A stretch of 64,000 nucleotides of DNA, from the NCBI RefSeq assembly GCF_030028105.1, contig NC_092381.1, forward strand, positions 81,184,505 to 81,248,504. The letters are read 5' to 3'. Below are positions 34,162 to 47,229 of the stretch, piece after piece. This DNA comes from Mobula birostris (Eukaryota). A program made the translations under genes and the position numbers. Under the pieces are notes generated by a model. It was not told where the DNA came from. It saw nothing but the letters and a program-made list of their open reading frames with translations, and did not search any database. Each line of letters begins with the position of its first letter. Position 1 is the first letter of the stretch.

Positions 34162-34850
34162 CATAGTCATAGTCATACTTTACTGATCCCGGGGGAAATT
34201 TGGTTTTGTTACAGTTGCACCAACCAAGAACAGAGTATAAATATAGCCATATAAAACCATAAATAATTAAATAGTAATATGTAAATTATGCCAGTAAATT
34301 ATGAAATCAGTCCAGGACCAGCCTATTGGCTCAGGGTGTCCGACCCTCCAAGGGAGGAGTTGTAAAGTTTGATGGCCACAGGCAGGAATGACTTCCTATG
34401 ACGCTCTGTGCTGCATCTCAGTGGAATGAGTCTCTGGCTGAATGTACTCCTGTGCCCACCCAGTACATTATGTGGTGGATGGGAGACATTGTCCAAGATG
34501 GCATGCAATTTGGACAGCATCCTCTTTTCAGCCACCACCGTCAGAGAGTCCAGTTCCATCCCCACAACATCACTGGCCTTACGAATGAGTTTGTTGATTC
34601 TGTTGGTGTCTGCTACCCTCAGCCTGCTGCCCCAGCACACAACAGCAAACATGATAGCACTGGCCACCACAGACTCGTAGAACATCCTCAGCATCGTCTG
34701 ACAGATGTTAAAGGACCTCAGTCTCCTCAGGAAATAGAGACGGCTCTGACCCTTCTTGTAGACAGCCTCAGTGTTCATAGACCAGTCCAGTTTACTGTCA
34801 ATTCGTATCCCCAGGTATTTGTAGTCCTCCACCATGTCCACACTGACACA
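34162..34850 (-). mobile_element. LINE family B 3' fragment with a (GACTAT)n tail
   Basis: ORF 34323-34895 (YKYLGIRID...YESVVASAIMFAVVCWG) is near-identical to 10780-11448. Confidence 0.9.
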
Positions 34851-34934
34851 CTGTAAAACTGATGGGGTTAGATTATCCAGTCCATACTGGCACATTCAGA
34901 TCCATCAATAGCAGCTTCCATTCACAGGATGTAT

Positions 34935-36820
34935 TTAGCACAGTAACAGCCGAAGATGCTTCACTGTACATTACTACACAACATACCAGACATACCCAAA
35001 ACAAAAGGCGTCGATGAACCAGGGGATTTGTAGTCTGCTGAAGGCTAGATCTGTGGCATTTAAGACCTGCGATCCAGAACTATACAAGAATCTGGGTATG
35101 ACCTACGGAAGGCTATTTTAAAAGCAAAAAAAGCAACTGTGATTGAGGATAGAGACAGGATCAGATGCATGTCAACGCTGGCAGGCTTTGCAGGCCATTC
35201 CTTTCTACAAAGAGAAACCTAACATCATGAATGGTGTTGATGCTTCACTACCAGATGAGCTCAACACCTTTTATGCACGCTTTGAAAGGGAAAATGAAAC
35301 TACGCCTGTGCAAATCCCTGCAGCATCCTGTGACCCCGTGATCTCTGTCTCGGAAGATGACGTCAGAATATCTTTCAAGAGGGTGAACCTTCACAAGGCG
35401 TCAGGGAGTGTTCAAGGGCATCTTCGTTCTCTCACTACTGCAGTTGGAGGTTTCCACCTGCTTCAAAAGAGCAACACTCATACCGGTGCCCAAAAAGAGC
35501 AGGATGAGCTTCCTCAATGACTTTTTGCAGTGGTACTCACATCTACTATGATGAAGTGCTTTGAGAGGTTGATGATTTCCTGCCTAAGCGAGGAACCGGA
35601 CCCACTGCAATTTGCCTGTTGACACAGTAAGTCTACAGCAGATGCAATCTTACCAGCTCTCCACTCGGCCTTGGATCAGCTGGACAATAGTAATACCTAC
35701 ATCAGGCTGCTGTTTATTGATTACAGCTCAGTGTTTGACACAATCATACCCTCAGTTCCAATCAACAAGCTGCAAAACCTGGGTCTCTATGCCTCCCTCT
35801 GCCAGTGGATCCTTGGCATCCTCACCAGGAGAGCACAGTCTGTACGGATCAGAGATAACATCTCCCCCTCCTTGGCAATCAACACTGGCACACTTCAACG
35901 ATGTGCGTTTAGACCACTGCTCTACAGTCACAGCTGTGTAGCTGGGCAAAGCTCAAACGGAACCTATAGATTTGCCAACGACACAACTATTGGTGGCAGA
36001 ATTTCAGATGGTGACAAGGAGGTGTACAGCGGCAAGACAGATCAGCTGGTTGTGTGGTGTCGCAACAACAACCTAGCACTCAACATGACTGCGACCAAGT
36101 ATGGACTTCAGGAAGGGGAAGTTGAGAGAACACACACCAGTCCTTATCGAGGGATCAGACGTGGAAAGGGTAAGCGTTTTCAAATTCCTGGGTGTCAACA
36201 TCTCTGAAGATCTGTCCTTGGCCCAACATATTGATGCGATTACAAAGAAGGCACAACAGCGGCAGGATTTCATTAGGAGTTTGAGGAAACCTGGGGTATG
36301 TACTAAAGATTCTTGCAAATTTCTACAGATGCACCGTGGAGAGCAATCTAACCTGTTACATCACTGTCTGGTTTGGCGGGGCCATTGCACAGGATTGCAA
36401 ACAGCTGCAGGAAGTTGTGAACTCTGCTACCTCCATCATGGGCACTATCCTCCCCAGCACTGAGAAAAGCTTCAAAAGGCAATGCCTCAAAAAGACGACA
36501 TCCATCATTAAGGATCTCATCATCCAGGGAATGCCCTCTTCTCACTGCTACCATCAAGAAGGAGGTACAGGAGCCCGAACAGGAACCACTTCTTCCCCTC
36601 TGCCATCAAATTTCTGAATGGACAGTGAACCCATGAACACCACCTCACTATTCTTTTCTCTCTCTTTTTTATATAACACTACTTATTTAATTTAATTTTT
36701 AATATATACTTTTTGTCATTTATAGTTTATTATTATTATGTTTTGCAACGTACTGCTGCTACACAACAACACATTTCGCGACATGTGCCCAAGATATTAA
36801 ACTGACTGTAATTCTGATGT
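34935..36820 (+). mobile_element. Rex1/Babar-like LINE family A (decayed)
   Basis: LPDELNTFYARFE, YIRLLFIDYSSVFDTI, RFANDTT and FKFLGVNISEDL, then a 3'UTR. Confidence 0.88.
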
Positions 36821-36829
36821 GACATAAGG

Positions 36830-37110
36830 AGATTGTAGGTAACCTAGCCAAAAGAATTAGATTTTAAGGAGTATCTTGCAGAGGCACAGTGGGTTAAGAC
36901 TGGCAGAGGTACGGTATGCAATTATTGAGTCCAAGCCCAGACCGTTGAAAGCATACCCAAATCTGGCAGAGCAAAGAAAACTGGGATGTCCATGAGGGTA
37001 AACATCTTGTTGGGCTAATGGAGGAGATTACAGAGCTGGAGATGGGTGTAAGTACGTACAGCTTTGAAACAAGCTAAGGGTTTAAAATTCAAAGCACAGC
37101 TAGATCGTGG
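36830..37110 (-). mobile_element. Ancient L2-like 3' remnant
   Basis: ttttaaggagtatctt...gttgaaagcatacc...ggagattacagag resembles L2 3' ends read on the opposite strand. Confidence 0.4.
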
Positions 37111-38823
37111 CATGTTACTGAAGATCAAACAGATTTGTGATGTAATAAGCAAATTGGTTTTAGCTTGAAAATGTTCTTCCCACCTCTCAGAGAAACATGC
37201 AAGTTTCCTCTTGAAGGCAAGGCCATGGTATTTTAAGATACAAACAAAGAATTCTAGAAACAGCAGGAAATATACTCAGATGCCCTCATTAATGACAACA
37301 CCATAAAATTCAAATTTAATTGAGAGGTGAAGCAATCCAAGGTTAGCAGATTATAATAGATTTCATCCATGCTGGGTTCTGCTCATGGCTTTGCAAATAA
37401 ACCAAATAATGATTTTGCCTTTAAACCTACATTGCTAATGGAAAAATAGCTCACTGAATTTGAATGTTAGACTTAAGAGTGAGCCTAAGAGTTCCTTGTT
37501 TACACAAGCACATGCAGTGACTCTAAAATCCATTTAGAAACTTTACCTATCTGGGGCAAAATTTCCACATCTAAGCATCAAAAACAGGTCAGCTATGTTA
37601 TAACTTTTTTAAATAATGCATTGCACTTTAAGCTTTTTAGGACTCCTGCTGGAAGTGATAAGATATTACTACTTGGAGTTTTTCCATGTATTGTTTAGCT
37701 TGTGCCTAATAAGAACTAAATTAACCACACATAAACTGTGGAGAGGACAGGGACTAAACAATTTAATCTCCAGGAATGGTAAGGATGATGTAATGTGTAA
37801 CTACCCAACACCAATTCATAGCAATGCAAGCAGATACCTTCCCTGTACTGCCTTCTCATTTCCAAGAGGTTTTTTTGGTTGTGTTCAGCACTGCATTGAT
37901 CCATAATCTGATCACAGCTGAAGACAACCTGATTTCATGGGAGACCACTGCCATCCGAAGTGGGTCTGCACATTGGAGCATGGAAGCTGGAGTAGGTACA
38001 CATGCATAATCTGATCTTTAGCCTCTCACAAAGTCATGCTTCTGCTCACTAATTAGCCAAAAATCAGATAATTAAGCACACCTACACTCCTTGCTAGTTT
38101 CCTGTGCTCCAATCCTCCCTTTGCCACCAGTAAAACTCTAGGCCCCAGTGACTGCTGATAAACTAGTAACAAATAGGTCTCTCAAAAAAAGAGATTCAGA
38201 AGACTTGATGGTGGGGTTGTGGAATGGAAGAGTTGTGGTGAAATTTAAAAACCAAGAGGGAACTGAGATGACAAAAGGCTTCTTATTTGGTACGCTTAAC
38301 TACCTCACACCAACATACCTAAACCTTACAGTCCGTGCTTTCAGGACTTTGAAGGATTTGTTTTCTGAAGATGTTAATATCATCAGAAAAGTCAAGTTCT
38401 GATACACAATAACATTTTTCTTTAAATGGTACTCTTCTCAACATCCAACCGCTTAGGAATGTTTGTCATTTTTACGCGCCCCACTGAAACATTTTGTGCA
38501 TTTCCATGGCAACCATAGCACATTAAAGGGAACTAATCTGATAAATCTAAACTCATTGAGCTGCAGAGTCACTGAACAGACAATCCTACGAGTGTGCACT
38601 TCAGATATTTGCTTGCATGTGCTTACTGCTTGACAGAGGTATTGTAGGTGTGGTGACATGCCAACCATTGTCTGATCACACAACAGTGTACTGCCTTCGA
38701 TATGAGTGCTTGCTTTGCCACTCATGAACTTTGACCTTTCCGGGAACAGGTGGAGTCTCTATGACTTTTTTAGCCTGACATTCATGTTCACAACACCTCT
38801 GCCCACTGTGGCCTTCCACTCAC

Positions 38824-38882
38824 CTGTAGATAGGATCCTGCATTATCAGCATCTTGCTCTCATCCCAGGTCCATTCCTTTTT
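38824..38882 (-). CDS. NOS1AP: NOS1AP/CAPON internal coding exon (59 nt, equivalent to short form of human exon 4): [19 protein letters not shown](R)
   Basis: Minus strand reads ttttccttttcccttcag|AAAAAGGAATGGACCTGGGATGAGAGCAAGATGCTGATAATGCAGGATCCTATCTACAG|gtgagt. It is in frame with the upstream exon and matches CAPON [20 protein letters not shown]. Confidence 0.95.
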
Positions 38883-39069
38883 CTGAAGGGAAAAGGAAAA
38901 TAAAAGTTAAAAATTGGTTTAAAAATAAAAGGTAAAAACAACACTCTAGAAATAAATTATTAATTGATCTCTGGGAAATAGCGTGAATTGTATCAAATAA
39001 CCTGAGCAATGTCTGTGCTAAATCCTGAATTTTTATTTAATCTTGCTCCTATAAAAGTGAAAAATGAGA

Positions 39070-39680
39070 CCATTTGGCCCATTAGTTCTATGCCAGCCCC
39101 TGGGGAGCAAACACATTAGGGCCCATTCTCCCTCTCCTTATTTTCCCTGCACCCCTACAACTCATTCTCCCTTACAACTGCCCATCAACTTCTCTTTTGT
39201 TCTTACCTACACCGGCACATTAGAGGAACATGTCAAATAACCAGCATGGTTTGATACGTGACAGGAAACCAGTGCACCCAAGGGATACATACACGGATTA
39301 GGTTAGATTAGAATTATTAGTCACATGTAAAATCAGCTCAATCTGAGGATGTGCTGGGGGCAGCCCGCAAGTGTCGCCATACCTCTGGCACCAACATAGC
39401 ACACCCACAATGTTCAGCAGAACAGACAGAACTCGGGTCTCTGGAGCTGCCCTGCACAGACCTCTGAACCTGGGACTCACCGACCCTCATCCTTGGGGCC
39501 CGTCGGCCTCCGTCCTTGACCATGAAGATCGCTGGCCTTTGTTCTCTGCACCTACTGAGCCGATCACACAGTGACAGGTGGGAAAATGCAAACTCAACGC
39601 AACTCATCAGATCAGGATGGAACATGAGACGTGGAGTAGCAATGGCACTTGCTGCCCTTGGCTCAAGATGGGTCAAGGTC
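39070..39680 (-). mobile_element. V-SINE with a nested Rex1-tailed retroposon fragment
   Basis: CR1-type tail at ~39070, V-domain, and a shared tail at 39300-39420. Confidence 0.5.
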
Positions 39681-40534
39681 TTGCACCAGAATTACTGAAT
39701 TTAAAAATATGGCCACCACTAAAGGAAAGTAAATGGACACTAAAGTGTCTAACAGCAGCCATAAGATCAAGATGGGTCATATTAACCTGGTTTGCATTCC
39801 CTCAGGTACTGGAGACAGGAGATAGATCGGACTGAGATGTTTAAATATCACACCAACATGGTGGGATAGAAGAGGAGATAACAGAGTTGGTAGGCAAGAG
39901 ACTTACATTGCAGTGGCTGTTCATGAACAATTGAATATGCTGACAGAATTTGCCATCAAATAGAGGTGGACGAATATTGCAAGTCATAACTGAAGCCTGT
40001 TCATCCTACTCACAACCATTTAAATGCACTAAGCAACTTGTTATTTCCGTACTTGGAAAGTAAATTACCCAAAGAAAGTTAAATCAAGTCACTTCAAGTG
40101 CCTTTTTAATTACGTGATGTGTTAATTATTGCTATTCAGCCGAGCTGCTACTGAAATTAACTGTCTCAAGGATAAGATCTCATTTCTTCAGGTTTTAACT
40201 GTTGATTAGAATCTTCTTGAGTTTTTTCCCTTGCCTCTTTTACTGTTTATCTTAATCTGATATATGGTCCCTTTTTTATTCTGTACTTGATGTGACCTTG
40301 AACTTGCCACACTTACTTGACCTTTTCTAGCACTGCAAAACTCTCCACTCTAGTTAGAGAGGTGCACAGTTACTCTGCAACAGATTGGCACTGGTGAGTG
40401 AACAATAACAAGGTCAGGTCTAACGGAGGGTACCTCAGAACTTTGAGAAAAACGCAGATTATAGTAAAACTTTCGATACAACACTCAGTCATGTCATCTA
40501 CAGAAATTCTCAGATGACTCAGCAATAGCTGGGT

Positions 40535-41323
40535 GTATAAAGGGAGAATGGAAGGATGAATACAGGGCCCTGGTGGAGGATTTTGTCAAACGGTGCAAGC
40601 TGAATCATCTGCAGCTCAACATCAGTAAGACAAACAGATGGTGATGGACTTTAAGAAGACTAAACGTGTATTGTTCCCTGTTACTATTGATGGTGAGAAT
40701 GTGGATGTGTTGAGGACCTACAAGTACTTGGGGAGTGCACTTGGATGACAGACTTGAATGGAGCAGCAATGCAGAGGCTGTGTACAAGAAGGGCCAGAGC
40801 TGCCGCTACTTTCTGAGGAGACTGAGGTCCTTTGGAGTATGCAGGCCTCTCCTTCACATGTTCAAGTACAATCTTCTATGCAGTGGAGTGCTGGGGCAAT
40901 GGCATTAACATGGGTAATGCCAACAGGCTCAATAAACTGATTAGAAAGGCTGGCTCTGCTACAGGAGTCAAACTGAACACACAGGAGACTGTGGTGGAAC
41001 AAAGGACCCTACGAAAATCCTGGCAATTCTGGACAATGTTTCTCACCTTCTGCATGCTACCTTGGCTGAACAGAGGAGCACTTTTAGTAATAGACTAAGA
41101 CAACTGCACTGCATAAAGAGCACTATTTAAGGTCATTCTTACCCTTGACCATTAGATTCTATAGCCGGGGAAGTGATAGCCCCCTCCTGTTAGACTGTTT
41201 GAGATAACTTATGTTTTATTCTTTCTTACTTCTCTTCTAATATTTGTATATCTGCGCACTTGTAATGCTACTGTGACAGTGTAATTTCCTTTGGGATCAA
41301 TAAAGTATCTATCTACCTATCTA
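40535..41323 (+). mobile_element. LINE family B-related 3' fragment with a (TATC)n tail
   Basis: LQLNISKT, YKYLG and TIFYAVECWG..NRLNKLIRKA, ending gggatcaataaagtatctatct. Confidence 0.85.
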
Positions 41324-42409
41324 AATCAAGAAACCTTTCCCCCACAAAATAAGGTGACACAGATCTGTAATACACTCCCCAAAAAAGGTGGGGTGTAGGG
41401 AGTTTAGAGGTTCAAGAATTTGGTGAGGCAGATAACTAGGCTACAGATAAGACAGCAAGCCACATCATAATGGAGTTGTCAACGGAATTAACCTGGGGTC
41501 CACAGAACCTCTTGCTTAATGGTACAGTACTGATTTATGGCATAAAAAAGTTTGGGAATCCTCCAGTCTACACCATCTTCTATAGTCCTTGTGTTAATAT
41601 GCCAGCGTTCCATATAGGTGAGCGTAAATGTACAAAGTTGCAGACTTGGGGTGGACAGATGCGAAGGGAGCAAAACAAATGACACCGACGGAGGAACAGC
41701 AGATAATGGAACAATCTTGTCTCTTCACAGACATCAGGACCTCAAATTCCCTTTGCATCACACCTGCTACTTCTGCCATGGGCATGAACACCCATTAATG
41801 TACTTGTGCCATTTGTAAAATGGGAGAAGCATCATCACTCCCAACCCTTTTTTGGGCAAATTTTAATTAGTGGTAATAGACAATCCAAAAAATTGTCTCA
41901 CATTGCCACTCTGTGTTGATCTGGGTAATGCAGCCAACCTTCATGAAATAAAGGCAACTGAATGAATTTTTGCCACACACTTTCAATTTGGAAGCAACAT
42001 TTGGAAACTATGGATGGGTAACTGCTACGCAGCATTTAAGTAATAGCAAGTATGGAGTCACTGCTTCAAAGCTATTTGGATTTTCAATGTTTAACTGTGT
42101 TTGGGTTTGGTCATCAATAGTGAACACTTACGTTTTCAGTCACCATTTAAGTGATTTCAACTTTAGACCTCAAAGGGAAAACATGTACCGTTGGAGGAGT
42201 GGCACAGTAAATCGATGCACAACATTTGCTGAGGGATCTTGCCAATCATTTCTTTGATAGGGATTCATTGGTGGATTTGCTACTCCTCTGGTCTGCCTCA
42301 CGGCTTCCACCTTCAGTTCTAAAGCACTGCCAAGCCTGTAGCTGACTTCCACCATTATGCTCACCGGCACCTTCTCGGATTCCCACTGGCTTCCAGTCTA
42401 GCGCAGCGA

Positions 42410-43040
42410 TGCAGGTAGCAGCATTGCTGCCTGATAGCTACAGTGACCCAGGTTCAGTCCTGACCTTGGGAGTGACCCCTGCGGGGATTGCACATTCTCT
42501 CTGTGATGGTCTGGATTTTCTCCAACACCCCCAAGAGATGTAGGTTGGTAGGTGAATTATCCGCTGTAAATTGCCCCCAAGTGTATTGGTGAGTAGCAGA
42601 ATCTGGAGAGCAGCTGATGGAAAGTGAGCATATTATTTCGACTTTAACCTGTTGTTTATCAGTTACAGTATCAAGCTTCGAAAGGACTAGAATATATATA
42701 TAAAAAAAGATGTGATGTTGAGACTTTATAAAGGCCTCACTTGGAGTATTCTGAGCAGTTCTGGGCCTGTGATCAAGCAGGGATGTGCTGACATTGGAGA
42801 GGCTTCAAAGGAGGTTCACAAAAATGATTCTGGGATGGAAAGGCTTATCGTATGAGGTGTGTTTGATGGCTCTGGGCCTCTGCTTAGTGGAATTCAGAAG
42901 AATGAGGGTACCCTCATCGAAATGTTAGAAAAGCCACGAAAGAGTGGATATGGAGAGGCTGTTTCCTACGTTGGGAGACCTTAGGATGCAATCTCAGAGT
43001 AGAGGGTTGTCCTTTTAGAATGGAGATGAGGGGGAATGAG
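42410..43040 (+). mobile_element. V-SINE followed by a CR1 3' fragment
   Basis: ggttcagtcctgacc head and V-domain, then cacttggagtattctgagcagttctgg. Confidence 0.65.
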
Positions 43041-44384
43041 TGGTACATCTGTACATGAGCAACAAGTCTCACCGCTTCAATAACATTGCTTTGAATGTCC
43101 TCAAGTTCTTAACATACATGAGACCTTCCCCCGACTCTGCTCTCTCTGCTTGTTTTCCAGTCAGTCTTACAGGATATTGATACAGATTTGAGAGATGATT
43201 TCTGCTGTAAGTGTCAGTCTAGGTTTCTTTCCAACAGATCTCCTGTTCCAAATGCTTTGCAGCAAAATTCTACCTTTATCCTATTGTTTTGTTTAGCACC
43301 AATATCATAACAACGGAAAGGTGTCTCAGGGAGCCCCAGGAAAGAATATCAACTGCCTAAACACACTTTAGTATCAGTCATGTGTAAGTTGTCAACAGTC
43401 CTTGGGATTGCGACACTGGAGTTTCATGAGCTTGCTGCCCCCAAGGCTCTTTAATTCAAAGTTGTTTAGTGGTCAGTCATGTTCAGTTTTAGACCACTTT
43501 ACTCCGCATTAAAATTGGAGCTACAATAATAAGCTCCACATTTCCAGTGCCCCACCACACTATGTCTCTCCTGTCAGACCAGAACCATCACAAAGGTCAG
43601 CCTTCAGCTTTAAGTCACAATGCCTGAAGCAACTGACAAAGATAAAAGCTGTGTGATTCTTAAACTGAGAATGTCTATTCTTTCCTAAAATCATGTCATT
43701 TCAAAAAAGTACAAAGTATTCTGCTTTAGAAAACTGGGTAATGTTTATCCGTAAAGCAATATGCTTGAATTAGAAAGGCCTCTAACGATCAACTCACAAG
43801 AAAGTAAAGAGGCATTGCCCTGTTGCAAAACAACTCAATATGGAGTGAAGTAAAGATTCATCTATTTCTGTCTCTGCTTCTATCAAGAATGTGAACTTCC
43901 AGCTTTCCAACGGGATCTTTGCACCTTTGTTCTGATGTATGGTCCCACCCCGCCACACCCAATCCAAATGCGGATCCAGCTTGCCCTTCAACCTCACCGG
44001 TCTGAAACAAAACAATGACTAGTTGCTCACTGAACAAGATTTATGAACCACATTTATCCTGAAACAGTGTTATTTAAATGGCCAACACTCAAATGGGATG
44101 ATTTATTATCACCTCACACAGAAACCTAGACTACTTTGTTTGCAAAGGTCAAGGTCACAGGGACTTCTGGCCTCCAAGTTTCAAAATCATTACGGCCTGT
44201 TGCAGCTGACGACCTCACCGTTCGCTGCTCATTCCTGCGTTAGAGAGGTCACCCAAACTCCACACTCAAGGAGAAGGACTTCGTCCGTATTTCTTTCAGC
44301 CAATGGGAGCAGGCAGACTGACTGCAGGGAAAGCTAAAACACGTGCAGGAATTCATAGACTACACTCAGGCCAGTCCGTGTTGC

Positions 44385-44670
44385 AGATGATTCAGCTGCT
44401 GAGCCACAGCTCTGGTAGCTTGTGTGGAATTTGCCATGTTCTCCCTGTGATCATATTGGTTTCTTCCCAATCCTCCCCTTATATCCCCAAATTCCAAAGA
44501 CTTGGTAGTTTAAATGGCCACCGTGACCTACCTCTGGTGTAGGTGTGTGACAAGATCTGGATACAGTTGATGGAAATGTGGGAAGAATAGTTTACAGGGA
44601 AATAAATAGGAAAATGGGATAATAGTGAGCTGGCATAGACTTGATGGATTGAATGGTCTCAATCTACACC
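44385..44670 (+). mobile_element. HE1-like V-SINE (old)
   Basis: V-domain and CR1-like tail. Confidence 0.5.
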
Positions 44671-46559
44671 ATAATAAAATGTGGAAATATTATTAGCTCT
44701 GAAGGATCTTCATAGCTAATCCTGCAAAAGGAGTATGCCTTCAGTGGGCACTGCTCTGCACCAGCCTATCCAGGTCTCACTGACGTCCTGCGAGCATTCT
44801 CTCCCACACCCATCCATCAATGCCGCACTCAACCATAAGTAACCGCACGCTCCTGTGGCTGAAGGAGTGCTGACTGCTTTGTGATATATTCTTCAAGAAG
44901 CCTACTGCTGAGATCTCAGTCTGTAAGCTAAGAACTGATAGGTTTAAGTCTGTCATATTGGAACTGAAACCACATGACTTTACATAAATGTCTATAAAAC
45001 ATCACAAGTACGCATTATGATTTCAATGGGACATCTATAAAAATCCATTAAATAGACCAACAATTTTGTTTTAACAATATTAAACAGTCAGAAGGTGATG
45101 TCTCAACCCATTTGTCATTGTTAGCTCACTGTTATGTGTAGCTTCTTTTGGAAAAGTTGCAACTTGGAACATGCATAACTTAAAATAAATATATTTGCGA
45201 GTAATGTAATGACACAGAGATTTAATATTCCAAAACAACTTACAAGGAGAGTCATCCAGAACGAAGTCGGGGTCACTCTCCTGTCCTCGTCTTTTGCTTC
45301 TAGACTCTTGATCATCTAAAGTATGTAACAACACAATTAATAACCCAAAATAGCAAAACACCAACAAATCACTACAACAAAAAGTTGTCCTTCCTATTGC
45401 AACCTGCTAACGCACTACAGGAAAGGAGTGCAAAAAGTGCTTGCAATAAAATACGCCAAAACCGCCACAAATTACGAGCCACAATGCTCCCACATAATGA
45501 AATCAATTTGTTAAAAACGACTAAATAATTTCCCTTCATATGGTGAAGAGAATGATGATTTTCAATTTACTTTTCTTTGCCATTTATGAAATCAATCAAC
45601 TGCACTCCAAATTGTTGTCATTATTAAAACAACAGGATCCAAAATCTCCCAAAAAAAATCACTCAAAAGAATTTGATCAGGAAATGCTAAAATAGAAATT
45701 AAGCCTTGGTTTAACTTGTTATCTGCTAAACCAATAAAGAGCACCAGTCCAACGCCGCCAACATTGTTTTGCAATTGGGTGATGTAATGTGTGTCCCAGT
45801 ATCTTTCACTTAGCTGCTCATCGTAATTCTAAGATCATGTTAAATCAGAACTAATAATACTCTCCAGGAATTACTTATTCCTGTTTATGCCAGTCAAAGA
45901 GGCATTGTTAATTCTGCAGTATCCTACACCACAGTCTTAATTTTTCTTAAGCTTGAGAAGTAAACATGGTTACTAAAATTTAATGGAGAGTACAAACCCT
46001 TAAACAGGAGGCACTGCTAAAGCAGAGTGAATGAGGGAACCGTGAAATAAATGTTTGCTCCAAAAATGTTTAAAAATAGCCCTCAAAGTTGGTACCATTT
46101 TTGATTTACTAATGGACAAGGTGCGAATGTAGAATGGAAAATTCCAAGTGCATTCAGTTTAGAGTCCTCGAGCGTTTTGCTGTCAGTAATTAAAAAGAAA
46201 AGAAAGTTCAGATGCTGGAAAAGATACCTGGAGGCAATCAGAAACTAATGCTTCAGGTCAATGACCATTAAGATGAACTGGAAAAGTGAGAAAACTTCCG
46301 TTGCAGAGAAGGGTTAAAGTAGAGAAAATTAAAGAATTGGATGTGATACAGAGCGTGATTCACAAGAGTGACCCTGAACTTCCTGTTTTCTGTCACTTTA
46401 ATTTTCCCCTTTATCTTTCTGTCCAGATGAAGGTTCTCCAACAAAAAAATCCACAGATGCTGCTTAACCTGGTGAATTACACTGGCAGTTTGTTTTTTGC
46501 TCCAGCACTTAGCATCTGTAGTCTCTTATAACTCTATTTATCCAACTTTATTTCATAAG

Positions 46560-47215
46560 ACACCACTGATTTCAAGGACTAGCCTTACAGATCATGTCCA
46601 AATTGCTTCCAACACGTTAACAGATAGCCTTAAATAAGGAGACCAGAGCTGTACATAAAAGAGCATAAGACATAGGAGCAGAATTAGGCCATTCAGTCCA
46701 TCAAGTCTGCTTTGCCATTTGATCATGGCTGATTTATTTTTCCTCACAACTCCATTTTCCTGATTTCTCCCATAACCACTGACATCCTTACTAATCAAAA
46801 CCCAATCAACCTCCACTTCAAATATAACCGAAGTCTTGGCTCCACAGCCAAGCATAGCAATGAATTCCACAGATTCACCTTGCTCTGGTGAAAGAAATTC
46901 CTCCTCATCTCTGTTCTAAAGGGACCCCTTCTAGTCTGAGGCTGTGCACTCTGGTCCAAGACTATCCCACTATCAGAAACATCCTCTCCATTCCGCTCCA
47001 TCTAGATCTTTCAATATTAGGTAGGATCGATAAAATCCCCCTTCATTCTTCTTAAGACAAGTGAGTACAGGGCCAGAGCCATCAAACATTAACCCTTTCA
47101 TTTACATGGTAATTTTTGTTAACACTTTCATTCCCGGGATAATATTCATTTACACTTTCATTCCTGCAATCATTCTTGGAAAAACTGCCTGTGGATTCTC
47201 TCCAAAGCCAGCACA
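46560..47215 (-). mobile_element. CR1 3' fragments
   Basis: RRGPFRTEMRRNFF..VNLWNSL and the tail ctcctatgtcttatg. Confidence 0.8.
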
Positions 47216-47229
47216 AAACACAGAACAAG

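Noticed and set aside
38453-38725. ORF next to the NOS1AP exon as an additional exon
   Set aside because: No similarity to CAPON and no convincing in-phase splice sites.
47088-47180. Three ~30-bp degenerate repeats
   Set aside because: Local slippage within a decayed CR1, with no sign of function.
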